Counted from the first letter of the stretch, positions 8,084 to 17,328 are shown. The stretch: DNA of 40,597 nt from an uncultured Candidatus Bathyarchaeia archaeon (GCA_964559155.1 CAZLHA010000002.1:1-40597), one strand, 5' to 3'. Translations and numbers: made by a program. The notes: generated from the letters alone by a model not told the origin.

Positions 8084-9286
8084 ATGTTTAAGACTAAAAA
8101 ATGGTATGGCGGTATCCCGATATTCTCTGATAAACGCGTACGTGTTGCTGTTTCACTCTTTCTAAGTGTATTCTTCTTTATCTCAGGCCTTGAAGGAGTA
8201 AAGTCTGGTTTTAAACTCATTTTCGCTGAATGGCAAGTCAGTATCCTAGGAATGGTGACCTCTGAAACAGCCGCGGTAACCGGATTAGCTCTTGGAATCT
8301 TAGGAACCGCACTAGTCCAGAGCAGTAGCGCAGTAGTAGCCACTACAATGGTGAGTATGTCTGGAATGGTTACAGGAGGATTACCTCTTGAAAGTGCGAT
8401 AAAATTTGGAGTACCCATGGTATTAGGCGCAAATATCGGAACCACGGTAACAAACACAATTGTCGCCTTCGGAATAGAGCGGGGAATGACTATGGAGGAA
8501 TTCAAGGAAACTATTCCTGGTGTAATTGTTGATGACGTATATGAAGCTCTTACAATTACAATTTTCTTCGCCTTAGAACTCACTTTTGGATTAATCAGTA
8601 AAATAGTTTTAAGACTAGGAGAATTTTATACTAATGTACTCAAACTAGAGAGTTTCTTCGCGAGTTTTGAGGACAGTCTTATTGATGTCATAGTAAAAAA
8701 ACCGATTATAAGCCCAATCAAAGAAATAATGGTCAATTTACTAGGAGATAGGGCAGGTGGAATATTGTTATTCATAGTATGGTTCATAGTCATCATCTTT
8801 TCTATGAACATGATAACCAAGAACCTTGAGACAATGATTGAGCTGGAATGGGAAAACCGGGTAAAAGCAGCCTTCAATAACCCAGTGAGAGGTTTCTTCA
8901 CCGGGTTTGCTGTCACTTTCCTTGTGGGAAGTAGTAGCATCGGTAGCAGTCTAGTGATACCCTTCCTCGCTACCAAGGTTGTTGATCTCAAGACCGCGTA
9001 TCCATATCTTGTTGGTACTAACGTGGCAACCGCAGTAGACCTTTCTCAGATCTATGGGTATATGGCTGGCGGCGTCACAGGTATGATTCTGGGGAGTGCT
9101 CACGTTTTACTTAATCTCATGGCTATGACTCTTTGGTTGATATCTCCCTTGAGATTTGTACCTGTAGCAATCGCTGAGTGGTTAGGCGCTAAAATAACTG
9201 AAAACCAGAATGTTGCCTTCGCATTACTTGCCTGGGTTGTCGGGGTTTTCTTTGTGGTGCCAATTCTTATAATCTATTTATTGTAG
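8084..9286 (+). CDS. Na+/phosphate cotransporter family protein (NptA/YjbB-type core, no fused PhoU domain)
   Basis: 400 aa, polytopic. Duplicated signature segments GTALVQSSSAVVATT...GANIGTTVTN and LVGSSSIGSSLVIPF...GTNVATAVD are typical of the Na_Pi_cotrans repeat. Confidence 0.75.
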   Translation: MFKTKKWYGGIPIFSDKRVRVAVSLFLSVFFFISGLEGVKSGFKLIFAEWQVSILGMVTSETAAVTGLALGILGTALVQSSSAVVATTMVSMSGMVTGGLPLESAIKFGVPMVLGANIGTTVTNTIVAFGIERGMTMEEFKETIPGVIVDDVYEALTITIFFALELTFGLISKIVLRLGEFYTNVLKLESFFASFEDSLIDVIVKKPIISPIKEIMVNLLGDRAGGILLFIVWFIVIIFSMNMITKNLETMIELEWENRVKAAFNNPVRGFFTGFAVTFLVGSSSIGSSLVIPFLATKVVDLKTAYPYLVGTNVATAVDLSQIYGYMAGGVTGMILGSAHVLLNLMAMTLWLISPLRFVPVAIAEWLGAKITENQNVAFALLAWVVGVFFVVPILIIYLL

Positions 9287-9964
9287 GTGTACATTGTGAG
9301 TGAAAGAATTCTAAGATGGTTCGGGGACCGAAGAAATGAAAAAGTCCTTGAGATGACCTATGAGCATCTTGAGTTGACCACTAAGGCAGTTTATAAGCTG
9401 TATGAGATGGTACAGAATATTGTCGAGGAGCCTGAAAGAAAGAAACCACATTATGAGTCAATTAGCCGTTATGAGATGCAAGCAGACAGAATAAGAAGAG
9501 ACATGGTAAACGAGCTAAGCAAAAGAGATCTTTATCCCAATGAACGCGATGACTTGATAGAACTAGTCAGAGCTGTCGACTGGATCGCAGATCTATCGAG
9601 GGAAGCGAGCAGACTTTTAGTGATTATCCCCTTCGAAAAATTGCAGGATATTTTTAGGGAATCAGTAGAAAATATGTGTAGAGCAAACTATGCAACTGTA
9701 AAGGTATTATCCCAGTGTATACACGAGTTATCAATGAACCCGCAAAAAGCGCTTGATCTAGCTGACCAGGTCGAGTTATTGGAAGAAGATATGGATGATC
9801 TATTCGGTGAGGCTAGAAATCAATTAGTAATGATGGATGAAGGGGAACTCACTAGAAGCGCCTTGATACTGGTTAATGAACTCGTAGAGACCATCGAAGA
9901 AGCATCTGACTGGTGTGAAAACTCGGCTGACATCGCTAGAGCTATAGCGCTTAGAGCGATCTAA
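9287..9964 (+). CDS. DUF47/PhoU-like phosphate-transport regulator family protein, paralog 1
   Basis: 225 aa, all-helical. Motifs E(M/K)QADRIRRDMV, ERDDLIELVRAVDWIAD and ASDWCENSADIARAIALR. The GTG start immediately follows the transporter stop. Confidence 0.7.
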   Translation: MYIVSERILRWFGDRRNEKVLEMTYEHLELTTKAVYKLYEMVQNIVEEPERKKPHYESISRYEMQADRIRRDMVNELSKRDLYPNERDDLIELVRAVDWIADLSREASRLLVIIPFEKLQDIFRESVENMCRANYATVKVLSQCIHELSMNPQKALDLADQVELLEEDMDDLFGEARNQLVMMDEGELTRSALILVNELVETIEEASDWCENSADIARAIALRAI

Positions 9965-9992
9965 TGTTAAAAAAATTTGAGGTGTGTAGAAA

Positions 9993-10664
9993 ATGGCGAG
10001 AAGACTATTCGGAAGATTAGGGCCCAACAGAGGAGCCAACGTACTAGCGATGGTGGAGAAACACCTAGAGTTAACAAAAAAAGCTGTCACAAGCCTCCAG
10101 ACCATGGTAGAAGCAGCAAGTGAAGAAGGACAAGAATCAGGAAGCAACATATTCTCAGACATTAGCAGGTTTGAGAAAGAGGCTGACGAGCTTAGACGAA
10201 ATATGGTAGAGGAGCTAACCAATGGTGAGATGTATCCTGAAGAAAGGGATGATCTCATGGAGCTTGTCAGGGCAGTTGACTGGATAGCCGACTGGTCAAA
10301 GGAGGCTGGAAGGATACTGAGAACGATTCCCTTTGAAAAGGTGACTGATAACCTCAAGGACTCTGCTTTCAAGATGGTGAAAGCTAACGTGGATTGCGTT
10401 AAGGTATTAATCAAAAGTATTGATGCATTACCGCGAGACTCCAATAAGGCATTGAGTCTAGCTGATGAGGTAGAGATGCTTGAGGAAACCATAGATGATT
10501 TGTATGGTGAGGCTCGTTTCTATTTCGCTAGAGATGAACTAACTGAGTTTAAGACTGGTCAGTTAATCCTGATAAACGAGTTCTTTGATGCTCTTGAGAC
10601 AATTGCAGACTGGTGTGAGAATACCGCTGATATAGTAAGAGCCATTGCCGTAAGAAGGCAATAA
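9993..10664 (+). CDS. DUF47/PhoU-like phosphate-transport regulator family protein, paralog 2
   Basis: 223 aa, collinear with paralog 1. Shared blocks include ELVRAVDWIAD, IPFEK and ADWCEN.ADI.RAIA.R. Confidence 0.7.
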   Translation: MARRLFGRLGPNRGANVLAMVEKHLELTKKAVTSLQTMVEAASEEGQESGSNIFSDISRFEKEADELRRNMVEELTNGEMYPEERDDLMELVRAVDWIADWSKEAGRILRTIPFEKVTDNLKDSAFKMVKANVDCVKVLIKSIDALPRDSNKALSLADEVEMLEETIDDLYGEARFYFARDELTEFKTGQLILINEFFDALETIADWCENTADIVRAIAVRRQ

Positions 10665-10710
10665 TCCATTGAATATTTTCTTGGAACTTTTTATTTCTGT
10701 TTATAATTCG

Positions 10711-10947
10711 CTAGTTGTCTTTTTCGGCTAATTGTTCTGCTTTTTGAGCTTGGCTTACAGCCATCTTCTGGAGATGTACCAGTGGTCTTTTCAATGTACG
10801 CGCCCACTTATTGTACCAGTGACATTTTTTCCAGTTGCCTCCAAGGCAGAAAGTACTAAAATGCAGTCTAGTTATAGGTCGTTTACACTCTTTGATGCGT
10901 GGACATACCCCGTGTTTTCCCCTTGAGACTTTTCTGGGCATACTCAC
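10711..10947 (-). CDS. small basic Cys-containing protein, hypothetical
   Basis: 78-aa ORF with 4 Cys (CPRIKEC...FCLGGNWKKC) and a helical C-terminal tail. No family recognised. Confidence 0.3.
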   Translation of the reverse strand: MSMPRKVSRGKHGVCPRIKECKRPITRLHFSTFCLGGNWKKCHWYNKWARTLKRPLVHLQKMAVSQAQKAEQLAEKDN

Positions 10948-11005
10948 TCAGTCATGATTGATGGTGAAACGTGACCTATATTGTTTAGGTAAGAGTGTTT
11001 CTAAC

Positions 11006-12256
11006 TTATGCTACTTCGAATCTGCATAACCCGATGCGTTTAAACTTAACATTGGTCACCCAGTAAACATCATTTCGAATATAATAGAACGTTACACCAT
11101 TAGGTTCCATGTAAACCCTAGAAATATTCAAACGATCAATAGTGTTTTTGAAGACCGTGAGATCACCAACATTGAAACTTGTTATACTATGATCCCTTTC
11201 CCTAACCTCTAAATCATACCCAGAGAACCCATGGATGACCTCATCCCTCACCTTTGCCTTATTCACGTTACAGGTATATGTAAGCAGTGATCCACCTACT
11301 ATGAGTAAAATTGATGCTATTATCAGATATTTCCTGTTGGATCTCTTTAGTAGGTGTCTTGATACTAAGCCATCTTGTGCTATATCCGATCCAAATAACC
11401 CATTCGGGGCGAACAACAACACAAGAACAATAACGATGATGGGTACAAGAATTCTAAACCCACCTACCCACACCCCTATGATACGCTGACCCCAGGTGAC
11501 TAACATTATCTCCGCTAGCCCTGTCAACAATCCTCCTATAAACGCCCCCCTGTAACTGTCAATTCCACCAAGTAAAGCAGCTGCAAGAATAGAGATCATA
11601 ATCCATGAACCACTTATAGGCGTAATATGGAACCACATAGTCATTATTGCACCTGATAAGCCCGCTAAACCGCCAGCGAGAACCCAGAGAACCCGCCCAC
11701 TTCTTGTAGGGTTAATGCCCTGGACCTGGGCTAACTCAATGTTTTCCAAAACCGCTCTTACAGAGCACCCAAATCGGGTTGATTTGAAGATGTAACTGAT
11801 TAGTAGAAACGATGATATAGCTAATATTGCCGATACTGGAAAAACGCTGTAAATTTCTCCGATCTTGAAATCATATTGACGGAGCATTATGTTTGTGTGG
11901 GGAACTCTGATGTATTTATGATAAATTTGGATCAAGGCTTCTAACAGTATCCCTAATCCAATGACTACCAGGGTCATCTCAATCAGTGATCTGCCTTTTC
12001 TCATCAATGGCTCGATGATGAATGTATTGATGATTAACGCCAGTATTGATCCTACTAGAAACGCGACGGGGAAACCGAGATACACTGGATAATGGAGAAT
12101 ATGTTTGCTGGTATAAGCCGTATAGGCTCCGATAGTCATGAGTGTTCCCAGCGCATAGTTAGGTACTTTTGTTAAAATGTACATCAAGGAGAATGCTTCT
12201 GTGAGTAATATCAGAGCGGATGCATACGTGAATGCAGCCATCCATAGTTGATTCAT
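11006..12256 (-). CDS. LivH/LivM-type (branched-chain amino acid ABC) permease domain fused to an extra TM helix and a ~95-aa C-terminal soluble domain
   Basis: Residues 1-~290 show the BPD_transp_2 pattern (PNYALGTLMTIGAYTAY...GINPTRSGRVLWVLAGGLAGLSGA...LLFAPNGLFG). An anchor YLIIASILLIVGGSLLTY and a beta-rich tail follow. Confidence 0.6.
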   Translation of the reverse strand: MNQLWMAAFTYASALILLTEAFSLMYILTKVPNYALGTLMTIGAYTAYTSKHILHYPVYLGFPVAFLVGSILALIINTFIIEPLMRKGRSLIEMTLVVIGLGILLEALIQIYHKYIRVPHTNIMLRQYDFKIGEIYSVFPVSAILAISSFLLISYIFKSTRFGCSVRAVLENIELAQVQGINPTRSGRVLWVLAGGLAGLSGAIMTMWFHITPISGSWIMISILAAALLGGIDSYRGAFIGGLLTGLAEIMLVTWGQRIIGVWVGGFRILVPIIVIVLVLLFAPNGLFGSDIAQDGLVSRHLLKRSNRKYLIIASILLIVGGSLLTYTCNVNKAKVRDEVIHGFSGYDLEVRERDHSITSFNVGDLTVFKNTIDRLNISRVYMEPNGVTFYYIRNDVYWVTNVKFKRIGLCRFEVA

Positions 12257-12425
12257 ATACAGATCAAACTAACCTCGTCAACCATATAAGGTTAACCAAA
12301 TCGTGTTAAACCACTAACCCACATAAACTAAAAAATCACAACAACCAAAAAAACGATGCAAATACCGGTGAATTTAAATACCAAAAGAACCAAAAACACG
12401 TCAAGTTTTAATAAAAAAACCCCAT

Positions 12426-12707
12426 ATGATGTGCTTGAAGACTATGTCAGCATCAACACTACGAAACAAAATCGGAGTCCTACTACTAGATGGACCAATG
12501 TCCCTAATAGAGATAGCCGATGAACTAGACGTCAAAGAAAAAAAAGCATTCAGCCTACTAAAAAAAATGTTCAAAGACGAGCGGATAAACAGCTTCAAAG
12601 CCGACGACGGTCAACGAAAATACCGAATAACAGAGAAAGAAAGAGAGAAAGCCGAGAAACGGAGAGCACGAGCAGAGAAGAGAGCAGCCAAGAAAAAATC
12701 CAAGTAA
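12426..12707 (+). CDS. small winged-helix DNA-binding protein with polybasic C-terminal tail
   Basis: 93 aa. LLLDGPMSLIEIADELDVKEKKAFSLLKKMFKDERI is wHTH-like. The tail is EKEREKAEKRRARAEKRAAKKKSK. A TATA-like TTTAAATA lies at ~12374 upstream. Confidence 0.45.
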   Translation: MMCLKTMSASTLRNKIGVLLLDGPMSLIEIADELDVKEKKAFSLLKKMFKDERINSFKADDGQRKYRITEKEREKAEKRRARAEKRAAKKKSK

Positions 12708-12763
12708 CCCCATAACCCAGCTCCTGCATAGTGTTTTATGTCCTACCCCAATTAGAATACGAT

Positions 12764-13693
12764 ATGTCAGAGTATGGAATAACCCATGAATCAGGAACCC
12801 TAAAACGGGTGATGGTTCATCACCCGGGAAAAGAACTGGAATTAGCTAACAATGACCCCGTTGCACACCACTTTGATCAACCAGTAAACGTAACACGCTT
12901 CATCAACGACCACCAGGAACTAGTAAACGCTTTACGAGAAGCCGGCGTAGAGACCCTACTAGTACGTGACCTTATCTCCGACAACGAAGAAGCACTAGAA
13001 CAGAGCTACAATACACCCAACCTAGTGTTCGTCAGGGATAGTAGCACCATGACCAATAACGGGGCCCTACTATTCAGGATGGGGCTACCCAGTAGACGAC
13101 TAGAGACCCCAATCATAAAAGCAGCTCACAGGGCTAACGGTGTACCCATCGCAATGGAGATGCATAAGCCTGAAAGCTTCGAGGGAGGAGGATTCGCATT
13201 ACTAGAGGGCAGGGTTGCCGTCGCTGGTCTATGTGACAGAGCAACACAGGGCGCGTTAAACCATATGAGCGACTATCTTCTGGAAAACAATCTGGTAGAT
13301 TTGTTCATACAGCTCAACATGCCACCTGGCATCGTGCACATCGACGGAGAGTTCTGTGAACTACCTGGAAAAGTAGCTTTAATCCACCCTGAGGTAATTG
13401 AAAGCGTACCCACGGTGTTCAAGACAAGTAATGAGACTTGGAGAGGAAGCTTCACCGAGTGGTTGCGAGAAAAAAACTGGGACATACTAGAGATAAACGA
13501 CCAGGAATGTGTTGATATGGCTGCAAACTTCCTGACAATAAATAAAGACCTAGCGTTCCACTACACAGGCAACCCAAGGGTTATGCGGGAATGCCGTGAA
13601 CACGGAATCGAGGTGATCCAGATTCCCGGTGAAGAGATGCGGAAAGGGATGGGCGGTATACATTGTATGACCTGCCCCATATATAGAATCTAA
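12764..13693 (+). CDS. amidinotransferase / arginine deiminase-fold (guanidino-group modifying) enzyme
   Basis: Start taken at MSEYGI (ATG 12764). The C-terminal catalytic-Cys motif is GMGGIHCMTCPI, with upstream FVRDS and FEGGGF motifs typical of the ADI/DDAH/amidinotransferase superfamily. Confidence 0.65.
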   Translation: MSEYGITHESGTLKRVMVHHPGKELELANNDPVAHHFDQPVNVTRFINDHQELVNALREAGVETLLVRDLISDNEEALEQSYNTPNLVFVRDSSTMTNNGALLFRMGLPSRRLETPIIKAAHRANGVPIAMEMHKPESFEGGGFALLEGRVAVAGLCDRATQGALNHMSDYLLENNLVDLFIQLNMPPGIVHIDGEFCELPGKVALIHPEVIESVPTVFKTSNETWRGSFTEWLREKNWDILEINDQECVDMAANFLTINKDLAFHYTGNPRVMRECREHGIEVIQIPGEEMRKGMGGIHCMTCPIYRI

Positions 13694-13694
13694 A

Positions 13695-14576
13695 CTACTT
13701 TTCATCATCATTGTAGATGAGTTTAAGCTCCTGAAAGCTGAGCTTTTCCCCGTTCTCCATCTTCTTAATAGCCGCTTGCTTCCTAGCCTCAGCCCTCTCT
13801 TGGGCGTTCATCTTACGTAGCTCAGCGAGTCTTTGATCATGGGCTTTAAGTCCATCCCTTAACGCGTTGATCTCGGGCATAATTACACTGAGCTCGCTCT
13901 TAATCTCATCAGCCTCTTTAATCTTCTCTACGTAGCGTTTATGGGCGTCGTCCGCCATCTCATGTTCTTTATCCGCTTGCTCGTAGAATAGAATCATTCG
14001 TTCATGGTGTTCTTGGCTCTTCTCAGCCAACTGGTTGATCTCGTCTCTGAGCGCATTAATCTCTGCTTCCGTGGTTTTCTTATCCGAGAGATAATCCTTT
14101 TTTACATCCTTCTTCTCTTCGATTCCCTTGAATTCTTCAAGAGTCTTCCTGAGTTCTGATGCCCGTTTAACCAGTTCCTCTTCTCGGCCCAGCATCTCCT
14201 GCGTGGGAGTGGTCATAACCTCCCACTCGATACGTTTAAGATCCTCTTGGACCTTCTTCTTACTGGGCAAACCCCTGTACTCCTCTCGTAAAGCTCTATC
14301 CGCTTTTCTAAGTACCTTGTTTGTCTCGGATAACTCATCAAACAAGGGTCCAAGACTCTGTTTAATCTCCTGTACCTTGGCGTTGATCCTATCCCTCTCT
14401 TTCCTATGTTTATTGGCTTGTTCCCGTGTAGCTCTGGCTTTCTTATTCAGGCGATCTCTTTCATCTCTGATTTTACCGATCTTTCCAAATAACTCGTTTC
14501 TCTTTTCTCGTAACTCAGCTGCCTGTTCTTCCAGTTCATCAAGTTTGTTTTCGTTTACAGACATATGGACGTGCAC
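13695..14576 (-). CDS. archaeal coiled-coil protein (COG1340-like), hypothetical
   Basis: 293 aa, almost entirely heptad-like and E/K/R-rich helix. No enzymatic motif. Confidence 0.5.
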   Translation of the reverse strand: MHVHMSVNENKLDELEEQAAELREKRNELFGKIGKIRDERDRLNKKARATREQANKHRKERDRINAKVQEIKQSLGPLFDELSETNKVLRKADRALREEYRGLPSKKKVQEDLKRIEWEVMTTPTQEMLGREEELVKRASELRKTLEEFKGIEEKKDVKKDYLSDKKTTEAEINALRDEINQLAEKSQEHHERMILFYEQADKEHEMADDAHKRYVEKIKEADEIKSELSVIMPEINALRDGLKAHDQRLAELRKMNAQERAEARKQAAIKKMENGEKLSFQELKLIYNDDEK

Positions 14577-14692
14577 CGTACAGGTTTTCTCGTCTAACGC
14601 TGTAGAGAATTAATACTAATCTAAAAGGGCTTCTATACAATTAAGAATCTCCAGTAGTTACTTTGATAAAAACCCGGATACAATTGATGTGT

Positions 14693-15238
14693 ATGAAGGT
14701 TATTGGCATAGTAGCTGGTCCACGTAAGAACGGTAATACTGCTCAACTGGTTAAGGAGATAGTCAAGAGTGCGAGGACAGCTGGAAACGATACTCATCTC
14801 TTCTATCTAAGCGATATGGTAATCAAGCCCCTTGAAGCCGATGAAGATGGATACATCTATCCTGATGACGATTTCATAGAGTTAATGCCCCACCTTGAAT
14901 CAATGGATGCATTAATTCTGGGAACTCCAATCTATTATGATCACGTTAGTTCAAGAGCCAAGTTGTTCATCGATAGACTCTACTATTACAGTAAGAGCCA
15001 CGGAGACGAGTACAGGAAACGAATAAAGGATGACATCAAGTTCATCAGCGTCTTTTCCTGTGGATGGGATAATCCTAATGTCTACGGAGAAGTTGTCGAG
15101 TGGCTCAATGAGAGGATGAGCCACTACTGGAACATGAAGATCTATGACTCTCTGAAAGCCCACGGAACAGGTAACAACCCGGTGAAAGATAACGAAAAAC
15201 TACTAGAAAAAGCTAGGATACTCGGTGAAAGCCTCTAA
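14693..15238 (+). CDS. flavodoxin-fold NAD(P)H-dependent FMN reductase / iron-sulfur flavoprotein-like
   Basis: Start at MKVIGIVAGPRKNGNTAQL (ATG 14693). DALILGTPIYYDHVSSRAKLFIDR is typical of the FMN_red family. Confidence 0.6.
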   Translation: MKVIGIVAGPRKNGNTAQLVKEIVKSARTAGNDTHLFYLSDMVIKPLEADEDGYIYPDDDFIELMPHLESMDALILGTPIYYDHVSSRAKLFIDRLYYYSKSHGDEYRKRIKDDIKFISVFSCGWDNPNVYGEVVEWLNERMSHYWNMKIYDSLKAHGTGNNPVKDNEKLLEKARILGESL

Positions 15239-15240
15239 CA

Positions 15241-16242
15241 TTAGCTTAATTCCTTTTTCTTTTCAATATAACCTGATACTAGAGGTGGGGTGATATAGGG
15301 TATTTTGGCGAAGTCACTTGACTGTGTATACTTTACCTGTGTCTGATGCCAGAAAACAGGTGATTGGTGCCCCGTTACCCGTATAACATAGTGGTGACTT
15401 ACTGTTAACGGCTCATTTTTATGCATGTATATTTCGGGTGCAGAGTATCTGACTCTATAAAGTTCTTGACTAAAGTCACTCATATCTATTATTCGCATTC
15501 TGGGGTCTTCCGGTTTCAACCATGGTAGTATATCTCTTATGTCGAATCCCATTATTCTCCAGAGGAAACTGAATGGTCCTTTGGGCGGTTCATTCCTTGG
15601 GGGTTGATCATAGTTTGATAGATGTATGTTTGATTTACCCAGTGAGCCGTTCATGGTATAGGTTAGCCAGTTCCACTCCCAGCTTGTCGAAGAATAGTTT
15701 GAACCAGGCACTAGGTGTTGATTTATTGAAACATCGTACCAGTCATATTCTAAGTCATCCTCGACCAACTTCAGGATATCCATCTCTGTCTCGATGAAAC
15801 CATATGGCTCATGATACTCAATACTGGTTATCCTACCCTCAATAAGGTAGTCTTCAGGGGCAGACATCATCCCGCTCTCTTCAACCCAGTTACCTATTTT
15901 ACCCCTGAGCGATACCCGGTAATCGATATCATATATTTTTAGCTGATGTTCGATGGTATTTCCCCCCACTTCTTGAAGCCAGAAGCCGCTCACCACGAGT
16001 TCAGTATTCGTATCTGTCCTATTCGTGGTCACGAAACTTGGACCAAATACATCCCCTAAACTGGAAACATCTTCCCCGTATAGAACTACTGGACTATTGC
16101 ACTGTATTAGATTCTGGATCTTTGATTGATTAAACTCGCTACTTGAAACCATAGTCATCTCAGGCTTTTCACTGTCAGTAAAAACAATCATCTGGGATCC
16201 GATGAGAAGCAAGAACAGACCCGTAATTACCCCGAATTTCAA
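15241..16242 (-). CDS. membrane-anchored or secreted protein, hypothetical
   Basis: 333-aa ORF. N-terminal hydrophobic segment FGVITGLFLLLIGSQMIVF. The remainder is Trp/Tyr-rich and probably beta-rich. No family recognised. Confidence 0.4.
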   Translation of the reverse strand: MKFGVITGLFLLLIGSQMIVFTDSEKPEMTMVSSSEFNQSKIQNLIQCNSPVVLYGEDVSSLGDVFGPSFVTTNRTDTNTELVVSGFWLQEVGGNTIEHQLKIYDIDYRVSLRGKIGNWVEESGMMSAPEDYLIEGRITSIEYHEPYGFIETEMDILKLVEDDLEYDWYDVSINQHLVPGSNYSSTSWEWNWLTYTMNGSLGKSNIHLSNYDQPPRNEPPKGPFSFLWRIMGFDIRDILPWLKPEDPRMRIIDMSDFSQELYRVRYSAPEIYMHKNEPLTVSHHYVIRVTGHQSPVFWHQTQVKYTQSSDFAKIPYITPPLVSGYIEKKKELS

Positions 16243-16357
16243 GGTTAAATCAACTCAATTCATCTCTGCTTATAGGTGTTTAGACCCTTAGCGTGATTTT
16301 ACACGCTCTCTTAGAATAATCTTTATTTGATTGCCTATATCATAGTTGGTGCACATC

Positions 16358-16432
16358 GCCTTGGTAGCTCAGAGGTAGAGCGGCAGCCTTGTAAGCTGTT
16401 GGCCGCGGGTTCGAATCCCGCCCGAGGCTCCA
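16358..16432 (+). tRNA. tRNA-Thr (anticodon UGU) with encoded CCA
   Basis: Acceptor GCCTTGG/CCGAGGC (one G-U pair); D-arm TAGCTCAGAGGTAGAGC; anticodon stem GCAGC/GCTGT with loop CTTGTAA. T-arm GCGGG-TTCGAAT-CCCGC, discriminator T, CCA at 16430-16432. Confidence 0.85.
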
Positions 16433-16444
16433 TTCTTAAAAAAA

Positions 16445-16792
16445 TTATTTCTTGGATTTTTTGCTTTTCTTTTTCTTCTTTTCTTCTTTATCCTTGTGTT
16501 TCATACGTTTATGTTGCTCCATACCGAACTGGGAGTTAAATGTCCTGCCGCATATGGGGCATGGAACTGCGACCATCTCAAGCTCAATGTTTTTACCCAT
16601 CAAGTCTTTCTGGAGCTGTTTCATCAGCTTCTCTCCCTCAGTGTATGAGACTCTCTTATCCGTCTTTACCTTGATCCCTACGGTTAGGTTGAATTTTCTG
16701 TACTCTTTCTCGTCTCTCTCCATTCCCACAGCGTTTACTACGCCATGTATCTTGTCTTCTTGCGCCATTTTGTCACCTAAAGGGATATTCAT
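16445..16792 (-). CDS. C2H2 zinc-finger protein with poly-lysine C-terminal tail
   Basis: 115 aa (start may be MAQEDK at 16768). The single finger CPICGRTFNSQFGMEQHKRMKH (16496-16561) fits C-X2-C-X3-F-X5-hydrophobic-X2-H-X4-H exactly. The tail is KDKEEKKKKKSKKSKK. Confidence 0.6.
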   Translation of the reverse strand: MNIPLGDKMAQEDKIHGVVNAVGMERDEKEYRKFNLTVGIKVKTDKRVSYTEGEKLMKQLQKDLMGKNIELEMVAVPCPICGRTFNSQFGMEQHKRMKHKDKEEKKKKKSKKSKK

Positions 16793-16935
16793 TAAGGATA
16801 ATGTGATACAGATTATAAAATCATACCCATATAATTGGATAATCCATTTATCTGAGACAATTCTAGTAAACAGAAAACCGTTGCTAGAATCTCATAGATA
16901 TTGCTTTAAGCGATAAAATACGTGGAAAAAAGGGG

Positions 16936-17316
16936 ATGTTCATGGATTTCAATGTCGAGGAATGGGGAACGAGACCAAAAGTAGGTAAAGGATTCGGTGC
17001 AAATGTAAACGGTAAATGGTGCAGCTTTCTCGAAACAAAGAAGGGAGCCTATCGTGGAGATCATATTCATCCGTATGACCAATACACTGTGCTCCTCGGA
17101 GGCTCAGCCATCGTGGTTACAGAAATAGATGACAAACTAAAGGAACACATTCTAAAGGAGAACACGGTACATAAGACTCCTAGGGGAATACCTCATATTC
17201 TCATACCTCTAGAAGACACAGTGCTATACGAGTGGTGGGATGGACCATACGAGGGCGAACCATGTCCCGGAGTATTCGATGAATACAAGAAGAACAGAGT
17301 CGGTCCAAGAGACTAA
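16936..17316 (+). CDS. cupin-fold protein
   Basis: 126 aa. GDHIHPYDQYTVLLGG...PRGIPHIL resembles cupin motifs 1 and 2. Confidence 0.45.
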   Translation: MFMDFNVEEWGTRPKVGKGFGANVNGKWCSFLETKKGAYRGDHIHPYDQYTVLLGGSAIVVTEIDDKLKEHILKENTVHKTPRGIPHILIPLEDTVLYEWWDGPYEGEPCPGVFDEYKKNRVGPRD

Positions 17317-17328
17317 TTTTTTCATCCT

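Noticed and set aside
8044-8583. 179-aa minus-strand ORF opposite the Na/Pi cotransporter start.
   Set aside because: It is antisense to a gene with clear family signatures. Its composition (Thr/Ile/Pro/Ser-rich) looks non-protein-like, and it has no promoter spacing.
9824-10492. 222-aa minus-strand ORF spanning both DUF47 genes and their spacer.
   Set aside because: It is Ser/Leu-rich low-complexity, antisense to two well-supported paralogous genes, and crosses their intergenic gap. It looks like the typical shadow ORF of GAR-rich coding sequence.
14128-14613. 161-aa plus-strand ORF opposite the coiled-coil gene.
   Set aside because: It is extremely Ser/Leu/Phe-rich, which is the mirror image of an E/K/R-rich coiled-coil coding strand.
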